IMG/VR virus record: IMGVR_UViG_3300017766_003831
Span: 1 to 39,191 of that record
Source of the DNA: a virus
Lineage: Duplodnaviria; Caudoviricetes
Length of the DNA stretch: 39,191 nt
Reading direction: 5' to 3' (one strand)
This document shows positions 19,349 through 28,729 of this stretch, in pieces; the first letter of the stretch is position 1, and every line of letters starts with the position of its first letter. The notes below the pieces were generated by a model. The model was not told the DNA's origin and did no database searches. It saw only the letters and a program-made list of their open reading frames with translations. A program made the translations under genes and the position numbers.

Positions 19349-20072
19349 TTGGAATGTTTGTAACTTTGTCGCTTCCTTGGGGAAAAAAAGTTAAGTCAAC
19401 ATCTGGTTGAACTTGTTTAATGTGTTCTCTCAATGCCCGAGAATCTCGGGCTAGTAGATGATTGTCAACAAAATCTCTAATTGTTTTAACATCTCTATCT
19501 CCATTTACTGAAGTAATTATGTATTTTAATCTTGTAGATAAATCAGATGATGAATCTTTTTTTATTTTTTTAAGACCTTCTAATTCTTGTTCAATCTTTT
19601 TTTCATCAGAATGATTTAATATTTTAAAAGTAATATTAACTTCTGTGCTAGGTAACGTATATGAAAATTCATTTACTCCAGGAGTAATTAATTTTTCATC
19701 AAATGGTTTGTTGTTTAAGGTAGATAAATCTATAGTTTCTTCTACTCCGTTATATGTAAAAGTATAATCTTTTCCATAACCTAATATTCTAGAAGCTACC
19801 ATAATTGCATTTTTATCACCAACAATTAAATCACCATAATTAATATTAGATACAATTAGAGCTTGCATTAATTTATCTAAAACTACACCTTTTTGAATAT
19901 ATGATTGGTTAGTTAAGATATCTTCATGAGCTGCAGTCATGTATTTTAATTCAATTGTTCCTTTTGATAATGGATTTTCTTTGGGATACAATAATCCTTT
20001 TGATGGTAATTCAATAGTTTCTGTAGGGAAATTAAATTTTGTAGATTCTTGATTTACAACTTGTTGTTCCAT
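19317..20072 (-). CDS. Baseplate hub assembly chaperone, T4 gp26-like
   Basis: IELPSKGLLY, KYMTA.HEDIL, L..GD.NAIM...RILGYG, C-terminal IPIGLNFFWP. Confidence 0.8.
   Translation of the reverse strand: MEQQVVNQESTKFNFPTETIELPSKGLLYPKENPLSKGTIELKYMTAAHEDILTNQSYIQKGVVLDKLMQALIVSNINYGDLIVGDKNAIMVASRILGYGKDYTFTYNGVEETIDLSTLNNKPFDEKLITPGVNEFSYTLPSTEVNITFKILNHSDEKKIEQELEGLKKIKKDSSSDLSTRLKYIITSVNGDRDVKTIRDFVDNHLLARDSRALREHIKQVQPDVDLTFFPQGSDKVTNIPIGLNFFWPDL
19331..19397 (-). repeat. 15-nt direct repeat containing T7 runs (GACTTAACTTTTTTT x2, 52 nt apart)
   Basis: Plus-strand AAAAAAAGTTAAGTC at 19331-19345 and 19383-19397. Confidence 0.85.
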
Positions 20073-20100
20073 AATTTTTATTTAATGACTTAATGTTTTA

Positions 20101-20132
20101 TATAAATATATGAAAAAATAAAAAATATCCAA
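20101..20132 (-). promoter_or_regulatory. Putative promoter TTGG-N18-TATATTTATA
   Basis: Recurring motif upstream of the gp26-like gene, just downstream of a terminator. Confidence 0.5.
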
Positions 20133-20150
20133 GTTTTTTTAATTTATATA

Positions 20151-20183
20151 AAATAAAAATGTCCGATAGTAATATCGGACATT
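20151..20183 (-). terminator. Rho-independent terminator after the tail tube gene
   Basis: 11-bp stem AATGTCCGATA/TATCGGACATT (20158-20183) with a 4-nt loop, followed on the minus strand by a T-rich tract. Confidence 0.8.
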
Positions 20184-20215
20184 CTTGTAAAATTGTTAAA
20201 TAAACAATATTGTTT

Positions 20216-20704
20216 TTAGAAATTGAGAATGCAATAATCCATACCCAATGTTACTTCAATGTTGATAGCTGAAGCATCAGTGTCGTAATTATATTCACCA
20301 AAATTAGCAGATTTAATGAAAGCACCTTTAATGATCCATTCACTAACAATATCACCAACCGGACCTAATACATTAACTGTTACATCTTTCTTGTAAAAAT
20401 CAGAATAACCATCACGGCCAGTTACTGATTCATGATGTAAACGTACCCATTCCATTACTGCTTGAGCGCCCGATGGAGTAATAGGATCGAATAATGTCAT
20501 AGACATATCTGCCCATTTTGCTTTACCTTTAATTTTACGGTAAACGTTGATATGGTTTAATACTATTTCTCCCATTTCTACAGATACAGGAGCTATCTTT
20601 TTAATCATGAATGAAGGGATTCCATCTACATACATTACGAATCTGTTTGCTACTTTAGGTTCGAATGCTGTGAAAAATATTTCGTTTGGTGATAAAATTG
20701 CCAT
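20216..20704 (-). CDS. Tail tube protein (T4 gp19-like)
   Basis: FEPK..NRF, KGKAKW.D.S.TL.DPI.PSGAQAVMEW, YKKD, GPVGD.VSEW..KGAF; directly downstream of the sheath gene. Confidence 0.92.
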   Translation of the reverse strand: MAILSPNEIFFTAFEPKVANRFVMYVDGIPSFMIKKIAPVSVEMGEIVLNHINVYRKIKGKAKWADMSMTLFDPITPSGAQAVMEWVRLHHESVTGRDGYSDFYKKDVTVNVLGPVGDIVSEWIIKGAFIKSANFGEYNYDTDASAINIEVTLGMDYCILNF

Positions 20705-20737
20705 TTTATATTTTGTTTAAATTTTATTATTATTTAT

Positions 20738-20746
20738 TATACATAT
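20738..20746 (-). promoter_or_regulatory. ATATGTATA promoter motif variant
   Basis: One-mismatch copy of the recurring motif between the sheath terminator and the tube start. Confidence 0.45.
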
Positions 20747-20754
20747 TGTATTTT

Positions 20755-20784
20755 AAAAAACCTTCCCTTCTATTTGAAGGGAAG
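20755..20784 (-). terminator. Rho-independent terminator after the tail sheath gene
   Basis: 9-bp stem CTTCCCTTC/GAAGGGAAG (20762-20784) followed by T6 on the minus strand. Confidence 0.8.
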
Positions 20785-20798
20785 ATTAATTTTTATTT

Positions 20799-22508
20799 TT
20801 ATGCACTAAACGTAGCTCCAGTAGGTGTAATATTGAAATCTAGGTAAATAAATTCTGCTGTTTTGGTTGGTTGAATGTAAATAGCACCTACCATTTGATT
20901 TCTATCGATTACATCAGAAGTATTGTTTGATTCATCCATTACTACTTGGAATGCATATAAACCTTGTCTTTGTTGAACAGAAGATAAGTATGGATTAACT
21001 TGACTTAAGAATAAATTTCTATTAGCAATAGTATTTTGTTCAAATACTAAATTATTTGCTACTTGAGAAATATATGATTTAAGTTCAATTAATAAACGTC
21101 TTACATTTACACGATCTAAAGCAGATGCTTTTTGTTGTAATGTTTTCTGTCCGTAAATTACTATTCCTTGTCCTGGGAAAGTAGCTATTGGGTTGATTTT
21201 TCCTGAGTATAAGTTATCACGAGTTGTTTGATTTAATTTTTGTTCAACTCTGATTACTGTACCTAAACCACCTCTTTGAATACCTGCAGGAGCAAACCAA
21301 GGTTCACCTACTCTATCATTGTATGCAAATACTCCTGGGATCATGGTAGATGCAGGAACCCAAACATTTTTTCCAGTTCCTGGGTCTAGAATTTGGCACC
21401 ATGGCCAGTACATTGCAGCATATGAAGTATCACGAGATGCTGCTTCTGTAATAGCAGAATTTGATGTTGAACCATATACTACAGGATCTACTATATAAAT
21501 GTTGTCACCTCTTTCTTGAGTGTTTGTAATAAGAGTAGAAATAGTACTTGTGTGTAGTGAGTTAATTAAACCTGGGGTGAAAAGCATTTTAAATTGGTAA
21601 TCGTCTTTATTTGAAAGTAGATTAACCATATTAGTGTAATTAGCTGCTTCTAAACCTTGAGTATTGTTTGCAGATGAAATCGTGTTGTAAAAAGCTGCTC
21701 CACCTTTAATAGTACCAGTAGCACCTGTAAATGAACCACTTGCTGCTAAAGGAATTGAAGAAGTATATTGAGGTTTAGCTACACCATTATTATCAAAATA
21801 ATCTGGAGTTAATAAGTTTACTGAATCTACGTAAACAAAAGCTGAATTGTTTTTGTAACTTCCTGTTAATTCAATTTGATTAGTAGATGGATTGTAGTTA
21901 TACACATAATCACCTATAACTTTAGAAACAAAGTTAGGAGCTTTAGGATCTAATGATAAATTAGTAAATGTTTCTAATACTGTTTTACTATTAGTAATAT
22001 CATTACCTTGTCTAATCAATAAATTAAAAGTTCCAGATGCTGTATTAGGATTTACAATTTCCCATCTAATGTTATCTGTGGAACCACTTGCTAAAGCACC
22101 AGCACTATCTATTGAACTTGAACTGTTCATGATAATACCTTTAGAAATAGTTTTTAATACAAGTGCTGGTTGAGAAGAAGCGTTTGAACTAGCGCTAATT
22201 GCTGTACTAGTAGCTGAAGTATATGAACCTGATGCTACTCTTGCTACTACTAATGTAGTTCCACCATTATTAAAATAGTTGTAAGCTGCAATAGATGTAA
22301 AATATGAGTAAGTATCACTTCCACTAACTAATACATCACCAAATTTGTTTACATAATCACTATAAGAAGTTACTACAGTAGGAATTTCTACAGGACCTTT
22401 TACTGTTGGTCCTATAATAGCTGCTCCTACTTGAACAGGCTGTTGACTAACTTGAGATTGATCATTTTCTCTAGCTAATACTCCTGGAGATATTAATGTT
22501 TCTGCCAT
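20799..22508 (-). CDS. Tail sheath protein (T4 gp18-like)
   Basis: SPGV..RE.D, GPT.KGP, YWPW, WFAPAG..RG, INPI..F, GQKT, RVNVRRL, FEQN, PTKTAEFI. Confidence 0.95.
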   Translation of the reverse strand: MAETLISPGVLARENDQSQVSQQPVQVGAAIIGPTVKGPVEIPTVVTSYSDYVNKFGDVLVSGSDTYSYFTSIAAYNYFNNGGTTLVVARVASGSYTSATSTAISASSNASSQPALVLKTISKGIIMNSSSSIDSAGALASGSTDNIRWEIVNPNTASGTFNLLIRQGNDITNSKTVLETFTNLSLDPKAPNFVSKVIGDYVYNYNPSTNQIELTGSYKNNSAFVYVDSVNLLTPDYFDNNGVAKPQYTSSIPLAASGSFTGATGTIKGGAAFYNTISSANNTQGLEAANYTNMVNLLSNKDDYQFKMLFTPGLINSLHTSTISTLITNTQERGDNIYIVDPVVYGSTSNSAITEAASRDTSYAAMYWPWCQILDPGTGKNVWVPASTMIPGVFAYNDRVGEPWFAPAGIQRGGLGTVIRVEQKLNQTTRDNLYSGKINPIATFPGQGIVIYGQKTLQQKASALDRVNVRRLLIELKSYISQVANNLVFEQNTIANRNLFLSQVNPYLSSVQQRQGLYAFQVVMDESNNTSDVIDRNQMVGAIYIQPTKTAEFIYLDFNITPTGATFSA

Positions 22509-22536
22509 TTTAAAAAATATTTATTAATTGATTTGT

Positions 22537-22545
22537 TATAAATAT
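22537..22545 (-). promoter_or_regulatory. ATATTTATA promoter motif
   Basis: Recurring motif about 30 nt upstream of the sheath start. Confidence 0.55.
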
Positions 22546-22566
22546 CTAAAAAAAGGTCAAAAACAA

Positions 22567-22815
22567 TTAAGCGGCAACAAATTCTCCAGTATCTGGGTCA
22601 ATATTTACGTCACCGTATTTTTTCTGGAGATTGTTTAGGAAGGTTGATTCCGATTTTTTTAATGATTCTAAATTACTAATTAAATATTGTTTTTGAAAAT
22701 TAATATTTTGTAGTTCAATTTCCAATTGACCAAAATTAATAATTAATTGTTGATTTGAAAGTCTAAATTTGTTTAGTTCTTCTAATTCTTCTTGAGTAAT
22801 TTTATTATTTTCCAT
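22567..22815 (-). CDS. Small coiled-coil protein
   Basis: 82-aa heptad-rich ORF ending KYG...IDPDTGEF. Confidence 0.7.
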   Translation of the reverse strand: MENNKITQEELEELNKFRLSNQQLIINFGQLEIELQNINFQKQYLISNLESLKKSESTFLNNLQKKYGDVNIDPDTGEFVAA

Positions 22816-22860
22816 AAATTTTATTTTATAATATATAAACTTATTTTATGTTATCCAAAT

Positions 22861-23721
22861 TTATAATAATGGATTGTTTAAATTTCTTTCAGTTTCAATT
22901 CCAAATATAGTTTTTGTAACTACAGGAATTTTCTTTATAGCAGATACATCTTTTTGAAGCACATCCGGAATTATATGGCCATTTAATTTTATATTAAATG
23001 TACTTTTAACAGCTCTATCTTTCCCATCATTTACTTCTATTACTGTATTAAAAGAATCAATACGGGCGTTAAATTTAAATCGAGCTGGATCTCCCCAATA
23101 TGAATCTGAAGCATAATTTATTGCTTCAATTATTTTATTCATTTGCTCAACATAATAGGTGTATATAACACAACTATAAGTTATATTAACATAGTCAGGG
23201 ATTACTACAGCATATTGCTCACTTTCTGGTTTTATGTTGTTTAATACACTGAAAGATGAGTAAAAATTTCTTGGTGAATATTTTTTTATAAATGAGCTAT
23301 ACAGATGAGGCTGATTAGCATCAACTTTATTTCCTAAACTTCTATTTTTAGTTAAATCGTCTCTTTTAAATACTAAAAGAGGGGCCATTATTTTTCCATT
23401 TTTATCTCTATAATATCCATCTTTTTGGATTGATTTCCATTTTTCAGGATTTCCATAAATAACAGGAACAGCTATTCTTTCTCCATTTTCTACAACAGAT
23501 GGTTTAATTATTTCATTAAAATAATAGTAAATAGCTTCATCAATATCTTGAATACCTACAGAAAAGGGTTTTGTAGTATCGTCTTTATAACTAAGTTGAT
23601 TTCCTCTAATTGAGTTTTCAGGAACTTGACTGTTAGGATTTCCCCTTTCCTTATCATAAGGATTAATTTGTTCTTGAGATATTTCTCTTTGTGTTTTAGG
23701 GATTGGTTTACGATATTCCAT
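22861..23721 (-). CDS. Tail sheath stabilizer / tail terminator (gp15-like)
   Basis: VPVIYGNPEKW, P..V.ITY...I.T....QMNKIIE; lies between the neck and sheath genes. Confidence 0.7.
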   Translation of the reverse strand: MEYRKPIPKTQREISQEQINPYDKERGNPNSQVPENSIRGNQLSYKDDTTKPFSVGIQDIDEAIYYYFNEIIKPSVVENGERIAVPVIYGNPEKWKSIQKDGYYRDKNGKIMAPLLVFKRDDLTKNRSLGNKVDANQPHLYSSFIKKYSPRNFYSSFSVLNNIKPESEQYAVVIPDYVNITYSCVIYTYYVEQMNKIIEAINYASDSYWGDPARFKFNARIDSFNTVIEVNDGKDRAVKSTFNIKLNGHIIPDVLQKDVSAIKKIPVVTKTIFGIETERNLNNPLL

Positions 23722-23723
23722 GT

Positions 23724-24230
23724 TTATCTTTCTTTAGTTATTCCTATTTTATCTCCGGGAACGTAATGAGCAACACAATTAATTGATACTGAGTAGCCAT
23801 ATTCTTCTAGTTGAGAATTTAATGGATTTTCAGCATAATTGTAGTCAGGGTCTTTACCTACAAATAGTTGATTATCATAAGCTTGTTCAATTTCATAATA
23901 ACTATTATAATACATAATAACATCTCCTGGTTCAGGATAGGTGTTACTTGCTGTTAAATCATCTCTAAGAAATCTAAAGGTTAATACTCGAGTATAATCA
24001 GGTCCCATATCTGTTACTTCAAATTTAGGATCTTCTCTTACTATCAAACAATTAAGCAAAGTAGGTTCAGAAAAAAATCGTTTTCCAACGGATTCCCCAT
24101 ATAGGTTTGAAGTTGTTTTTTCTAGATTTACTTTATAAAAAGCAATCTGTTGAGTAATAATATTACCCAACAATTCTCTGTTTACGTGTCTAAAAACAGA
24201 TATATCTCTACTGCGTCCGAATTGTGCCAT
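23724..24230 (-). CDS. Head closure / neck protein (gp14-like)
   Basis: NLYGE, FLRDDL, PEPGDVI.Y..SYYEI; position after the gp13-like gene. Confidence 0.65.
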   Translation of the reverse strand: MAQFGRSRDISVFRHVNRELLGNIITQQIAFYKVNLEKTTSNLYGESVGKRFFSEPTLLNCLIVREDPKFEVTDMGPDYTRVLTFRFLRDDLTASNTYPEPGDVIMYYNSYYEIEQAYDNQLFVGKDPDYNYAENPLNSQLEEYGYSVSINCVAHYVPGDKIGITKER

Positions 24231-24231
24231 G

Positions 24232-25416
24232 TTATCCTATAAATATAGTCATTGGAACCTGTTGCAATTGTTTTTGTTGACTATCTATTTCTAAAGATTT
24301 AGCTTCCATTAATTTAGTTCTAGAAGTATTGTCAAAATATGCTCTTAATCTTTCAATTAAAGCATTTTTTTCAGCAGTTGCGGCTGTTAATAAATCTGCT
24401 TGATTTAATGTAACTTCAGCTCCTGGAATAGGTACTGTTGTATATTTTCCTCTAACATACCCTAGCATTTCTTTACATAATGCTAGTGTGTATTCAAAAA
24501 TCCATTGTCTTCCTATTGAGTTAATTTGACAATAAATAGGATTTTTAAATGGAACATTTGATACATTTGTGATTAATGAACTTCCACTAATTCCAGCTGT
24601 TGGATCATTTCTTTCAGTTAATTTAATATATTGGAAATATAAAAGTCCAGCAAAACCTTCTGCAGATCCAGAAACACTAGATGCTACTGAAGCTCCAGGA
24701 ATTGGAAATATACGTAATCTGTTATTTATTAATTCAAATGAAAATTGAGATTTACGAATTTGATCATTAAATTCTATTGCTTGAAGTTTTTGTAGATCGT
24801 AATTAATAGGCATCATTAGGAAATTAATAGCTGGTGAATAGTTTCCCCAACCAAAATTGTCCATTAAATTCATCATACCCATTCCTGTTCCAGCATATGG
24901 ATCAAAGTATTTAACAATTGCTGGTGGTGCTTCATAGAATATTTTTTTAATTTCTATTCCTCCAGAAATATTGTTATTAAGAGCCCATTGAGATAAATCG
25001 TAATCTTGTACGCTTGCTGTTAAAGGCAATGCTCCTCTATACCAAGTTGTTTTACCTCCAACTCCTGCTTCTTCACCATATTGATGAGAAAGTCTAACTA
25101 TGTTTGCAAAGTTAGGAGTAATTAAAGCATGATTTAAATTTGAACCGGTATTTGCTCCTTCTAAAGATAAATAGTCTTGTTGTACTTTGTAAGCATATAA
25201 TTCATTACCATATGTGGTAATTGCTTCTTCAAAAGCAGTATAAAAATTTAAATCTTGTAATTCAATTTCTACTAATGGATATCCTAAACGATATGCACAA
25301 AATTTTACTACTTTATCAGCATCTACTTGAAATTGATAGTCGTTATCGTAAAATCCAAAAGGAGTATTTCCTGGGAAAAACGATGATGAGCCCGGGTAAA
25401 TAGGTATATTAGCCAT
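24232..25416 (-). CDS. Neck / head-tail adaptor protein (gp13-like)
   Basis: RLGYP.VEIEL, WIFEYTLAL.KEMLG.VRGKY..VPIPG.EVTLN, C-terminal PM.IFIG. Confidence 0.75.
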   Translation of the reverse strand: MANIPIYPGSSSFFPGNTPFGFYDNDYQFQVDADKVVKFCAYRLGYPLVEIELQDLNFYTAFEEAITTYGNELYAYKVQQDYLSLEGANTGSNLNHALITPNFANIVRLSHQYGEEAGVGGKTTWYRGALPLTASVQDYDLSQWALNNNISGGIEIKKIFYEAPPAIVKYFDPYAGTGMGMMNLMDNFGWGNYSPAINFLMMPINYDLQKLQAIEFNDQIRKSQFSFELINNRLRIFPIPGASVASSVSGSAEGFAGLLYFQYIKLTERNDPTAGISGSSLITNVSNVPFKNPIYCQINSIGRQWIFEYTLALCKEMLGYVRGKYTTVPIPGAEVTLNQADLLTAATAEKNALIERLRAYFDNTSRTKLMEAKSLEIDSQQKQLQQVPMTIFIG

Positions 25417-25430
25417 TAGTCAAATTTTGT

Positions 25431-25439
25431 TATAAATAT
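25431..25439 (-). promoter_or_regulatory. ATATTTATA promoter motif
   Basis: Recurring motif about 15 nt upstream of the neck gene ATG. Confidence 0.55.
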
Positions 25440-25459
25440 GGCAGAGGGATTGGTTTTTA

Positions 25460-26281
25460 TTACACTTGTCTTCCTAAGTTAATTTGATAGCGTTGTACTA
25501 TATTATAGAAATTGATTGCATCTTGATCTGTTAATCCATCTCCTATTGAAATAAAGGCATATTGTTTTGTTGATGGATAAACTTGAGAACTATCTTCATT
25601 TAACGAACCTATATAAATAGTATTAGTTATTCCACTAATAGCACCTGAAGCACCAGTTTGTGTTGTACCTAATTGAGTATTATTTTTAAATACTTTAAAT
25701 ACATTTGATGAAGTTCTTGTAGATATAAATAAACCTCTACTATCTGTATTTGATGTTATTATTCTACCAGTCGTTGTGTTATATTGGTCAGAGTATAAAT
25801 TGTTTAAATATCTAACCGCATTCATGAAGTACCCTGCTGTTCCTGTAGTTTTTGAAGCTCCTATATCATAACCTAATTCATCTACATTAGTTCTAATATA
25901 CACTGAATTATGAGTATTATTTAATGTCAATATTGTGGATGGTGCTAAAAAAGTATTAGCATAAGCATTGCTTGGAGTCATTCCATTTGAACTATGAGTC
26001 CAACCATTTGAAAATGTTAATCTAAAAGCAGCATCTAAATCTCTTGGATCTTTCAAATTCCACTTATGAGCAGCAGCAGTTCCACCTACAACCGGATATA
26101 AAGCTTTCATTTTAGTCCACAAACCATAATACTTTAAATCAATAGTTAATTTATTTATAGCATTTTGTTGTGTACTATTTGTTATTCCTGCTGCTGTTAG
26201 GAATGTTTGTGCATCACTATCAAAATTTAAAATTTTAAAAGTTGCTATTGTTGATCCACTTTTTGATATTCTTAATGGCAT
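25460..26281 (-). CDS. Lectin-like virion protein, paralogue family 1 (copy A)
   Basis: Shared DAQ.F.TAA.IT...W.KMKA.YP.VGGT N-terminal block and SIGDGLTD...RQV C-terminal block. Confidence 0.7.
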   Translation of the reverse strand: MPLRISKSGSTIATFKILNFDSDAQTFLTAAGITNSTQQNAINKLTIDLKYYGLWTKMKALYPVVGGTAAAHKWNLKDPRDLDAAFRLTFSNGWTHSSNGMTPSNAYANTFLAPSTILTLNNTHNSVYIRTNVDELGYDIGASKTTGTAGYFMNAVRYLNNLYSDQYNTTTGRIITSNTDSRGLFISTRTSSNVFKVFKNNTQLGTTQTGASGAISGITNTIYIGSLNEDSSQVYPSTKQYAFISIGDGLTDQDAINFYNIVQRYQINLGRQV

Positions 26282-26290
26282 AGTTTTTTA

Positions 26291-26971
26291 TTATGATAAA
26301 TTAAATCTTGATTTAGTTGCATTGTAGTTTTGTTGGACTTCTGAGGCTGAGAGGGCTCGGTTGTATATTGATAAAGAAGATATATTACCACTTGTATAGT
26401 TTAAAGCTCTATTAACACCTATTGTAAAATTTGAAGCATATGTTTGTAAATCTAAAGCACTAGAACCTACTACTGTTACTGGTATTTTTGCTCCATTAAC
26501 ATAAATTTCGGCAGTCGTTCCAGTTCTAGTAAAACATAAATTATACCATTGACCTATATTTAGTGTAGTAGTACTTGTTGTATAAAAGTATGTATTATTA
26601 TTTAAGCTAATTTGAAAATATATATTTCTACTACCGTCTGTTCCAAACTGATTATTTTTTAAATTTGAATCATCATTATAATTACTTAAAATAGTAAATC
26701 TATTTCCATTCATATAAATCCAAGATTGTATAGTATAGGAATTATTTAATATAGAGTTGGGGGTTAATACATATTGATTAGTTCCATTAAATACAATACT
26801 TCCTCCATTTAAACTATTAAATGTTGGACTATTTACTAAAGAACCACTACTATTATTACCACTTAAATCAGTCCAAGTTGTTCCAGAACCAGGATAAGAT
26901 TTACGATTAGCAGCATCTAGGTTAAGTACTAATCCATTTGTTACTATGCTTGGTCTTGTGTATACTCCCAT
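26291..26971 (-). CDS. Concanavalin A-like / LamG domain virion protein, family 2
   Basis: IVTNGLVL.LDAAN..SYPG.GTTW.DLSG, W.N...T, IYVNG, IYNRALSA.EV LamG pattern. Confidence 0.8.
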   Translation of the reverse strand: MGVYTRPSIVTNGLVLNLDAANRKSYPGSGTTWTDLSGNNSSGSLVNSPTFNSLNGGSIVFNGTNQYVLTPNSILNNSYTIQSWIYMNGNRFTILSNYNDDSNLKNNQFGTDGSRNIYFQISLNNNTYFYTTSTTTLNIGQWYNLCFTRTGTTAEIYVNGAKIPVTVVGSSALDLQTYASNFTIGVNRALNYTSGNISSLSIYNRALSASEVQQNYNATKSRFNLS

Positions 26972-26978
26972 TTTTGTT

Positions 26979-27674
26979 TTATGATAAATTAAATCTTGAT
27001 TTTAATGCGTTGTAGTTTTGGAGGACTTCTTGAGCTGAGAGGGCTCTGTTGTATATTTGCACATTATAAACATTTCCATTAAATGCGTCAGAACCACCAG
27101 CATCTTTACCTATTTTAAGTGAAAGTGTTGATAAAAAACCTAAAGTTGTATTTTGACCTACTTGTATACCATCTACAAAAATTTTAGTACCTACTCCAGT
27201 ATGGTCGTAAGTTACAAAAACATGATGTATTGTAGTTAGTAAATTAGATATTGCAGAAGTTGATGTATCTCTAATAGCGTCATTTGAACCAGCTCTTCTT
27301 GCTATATATAATTGAGTTGAACTTGGGTACCCCCATATAATATCGGTTCCGTTCAACCCACTAGTAGAATCAGCATTACCTAACAATCTATTGGTCACCC
27401 CACTAGAAGTGGATTTGGCCCAAACCCCTATTGAATAACTTGAAGAACCGGCAAATATATAATTCGTTTGAATGTAATTAGTGGTGACACCATTAAACAC
27501 CACATTACCACCATTAGATCCATTAAATGTTACTGTATTTACTAAAGTCCCATTATTCCCATTACCACTCAAATCACTCCATGTTGTTCCAGTTGTTGGA
27601 TACGATTTACGATTAGCAGCATCTAGATTTAATATTAAACCATTAGTAACTATAGAAGGTGCTCCAAATATCAT
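26979..27674 (-). CDS. Concanavalin A-like / LamG domain virion protein, family 2
   Basis: Paralogue of 26291-26971 with HHVFVTYD, IFVDG, FNGN...VQIYNRALS. Confidence 0.8.
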   Translation of the reverse strand: MIFGAPSIVTNGLILNLDAANRKSYPTTGTTWSDLSGNGNNGTLVNTVTFNGSNGGNVVFNGVTTNYIQTNYIFAGSSSYSIGVWAKSTSSGVTNRLLGNADSTSGLNGTDIIWGYPSSTQLYIARRAGSNDAIRDTSTSAISNLLTTIHHVFVTYDHTGVGTKIFVDGIQVGQNTTLGFLSTLSLKIGKDAGGSDAFNGNVYNVQIYNRALSAQEVLQNYNALKSRFNLS

Positions 27675-27889
27675 AACAATTCTGGTGTTGGTTTTGCTTC
27701 GTAATCACTTAATGCTATTTCTAATAAATAAGCATATTGTGTTTGAGCTATAATTTCTTCATTTTGTTCACTTAAAAATAAAAACCAATTGTCATTTATA
27801 TCTTGTACAAAATGAAAAAAGGTTTCTGGTGTAAAGAATACTCCTTGTAATTCTTGTGCTTGTTGTTCTGTTACTATTCTTCCTTTCAT
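27671..27889 (-). CDS. Small hypothetical protein
   Basis: 72-aa ORF with an ATGA overlap to the next gene. Confidence 0.65.
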   Translation of the reverse strand: MKGRIVTEQQAQELQGVFFTPETFFHFVQDINDNWFLFLSEQNEEIIAQTQYAYLLEIALSDYEAKPTPELL

Positions 27890-27923
27890 ATTGTGTTTTT
27901 TTTATTTTTTTAATATATAAATT

Positions 27924-28727
27924 TTACACCTGACGACCAAGTGTTGTTTGGAATGCTTGTACTGCTGTATAGAAATTTGCTGCTTCTGTGTCTGTTAATC
28001 CATCTCCGATTGAGGCGAATGCACATTGTTTATTTGAATACAATTGTATTGAAGGTGATGTGTTCAATTGATTTCTTGCTCCAATATATATGTTACCCGC
28101 AGGTAAGGTGCTATTATCTGTGGTTGATGATGTCGCTTGAGTAGCTCCATTCAAGTAACCTTCTCTATCATTATTTGCTCTTTTAGTTCCTATCCAAAAA
28201 CCTCTAGCATCTGATATAGTAGTAAAATTAATAAATCCATTATTCAAATCGCCAGCATAGTAATTAGCTGCTGATCTTATTTGGTTAAAGGTATTGTTTG
28301 AAGCATTCCATATTCCTATTTCTACTTGTGTACCAACTGTTTGAGTTCTTGAATAGAAGGATAGATGATTAGTTGTTTGTACTGTATTAGATGCTAAGCC
28401 AGTATTAGCGTAATCACTTGTTCCATTTGGAGTCATTCCTGTTGAAGCGTGTATCCACCCTGCTGTAAAAGTTAAATTATAGGTTCCAGGTGTTTTGAGA
28501 TTAACAGCATGGGCTGCACTTGTTCCTCCAACAACCGGATACAATGCTTTCATTTTAGTCCATATGTTGTAACCTTTTAAAGCTATTACTAAATCATTAA
28601 CAGCTTTTTGTTGAACTATGTTTGTAATACTAGCAGCAGTAAGAAATGCTTGTGCATCACTATCAATACCTCTCCCATAGTTTAAATAACCTCTTGCTCC
28701 TGATAATTTGCTTAGTATTAGTCCCAT
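27924..28727 (-). CDS. Lectin-like virion protein, paralogue family 1 (copy B)
   Basis: Same conserved terminal blocks as 25460-26281. Confidence 0.7.
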   Translation of the reverse strand: MGLILSKLSGARGYLNYGRGIDSDAQAFLTAASITNIVQQKAVNDLVIALKGYNIWTKMKALYPVVGGTSAAHAVNLKTPGTYNLTFTAGWIHASTGMTPNGTSDYANTGLASNTVQTTNHLSFYSRTQTVGTQVEIGIWNASNNTFNQIRSAANYYAGDLNNGFINFTTISDARGFWIGTKRANNDREGYLNGATQATSSTTDNSTLPAGNIYIGARNQLNTSPSIQLYSNKQCAFASIGDGLTDTEAANFYTAVQAFQTTLGRQV

Positions 28728-28729
28728 TG

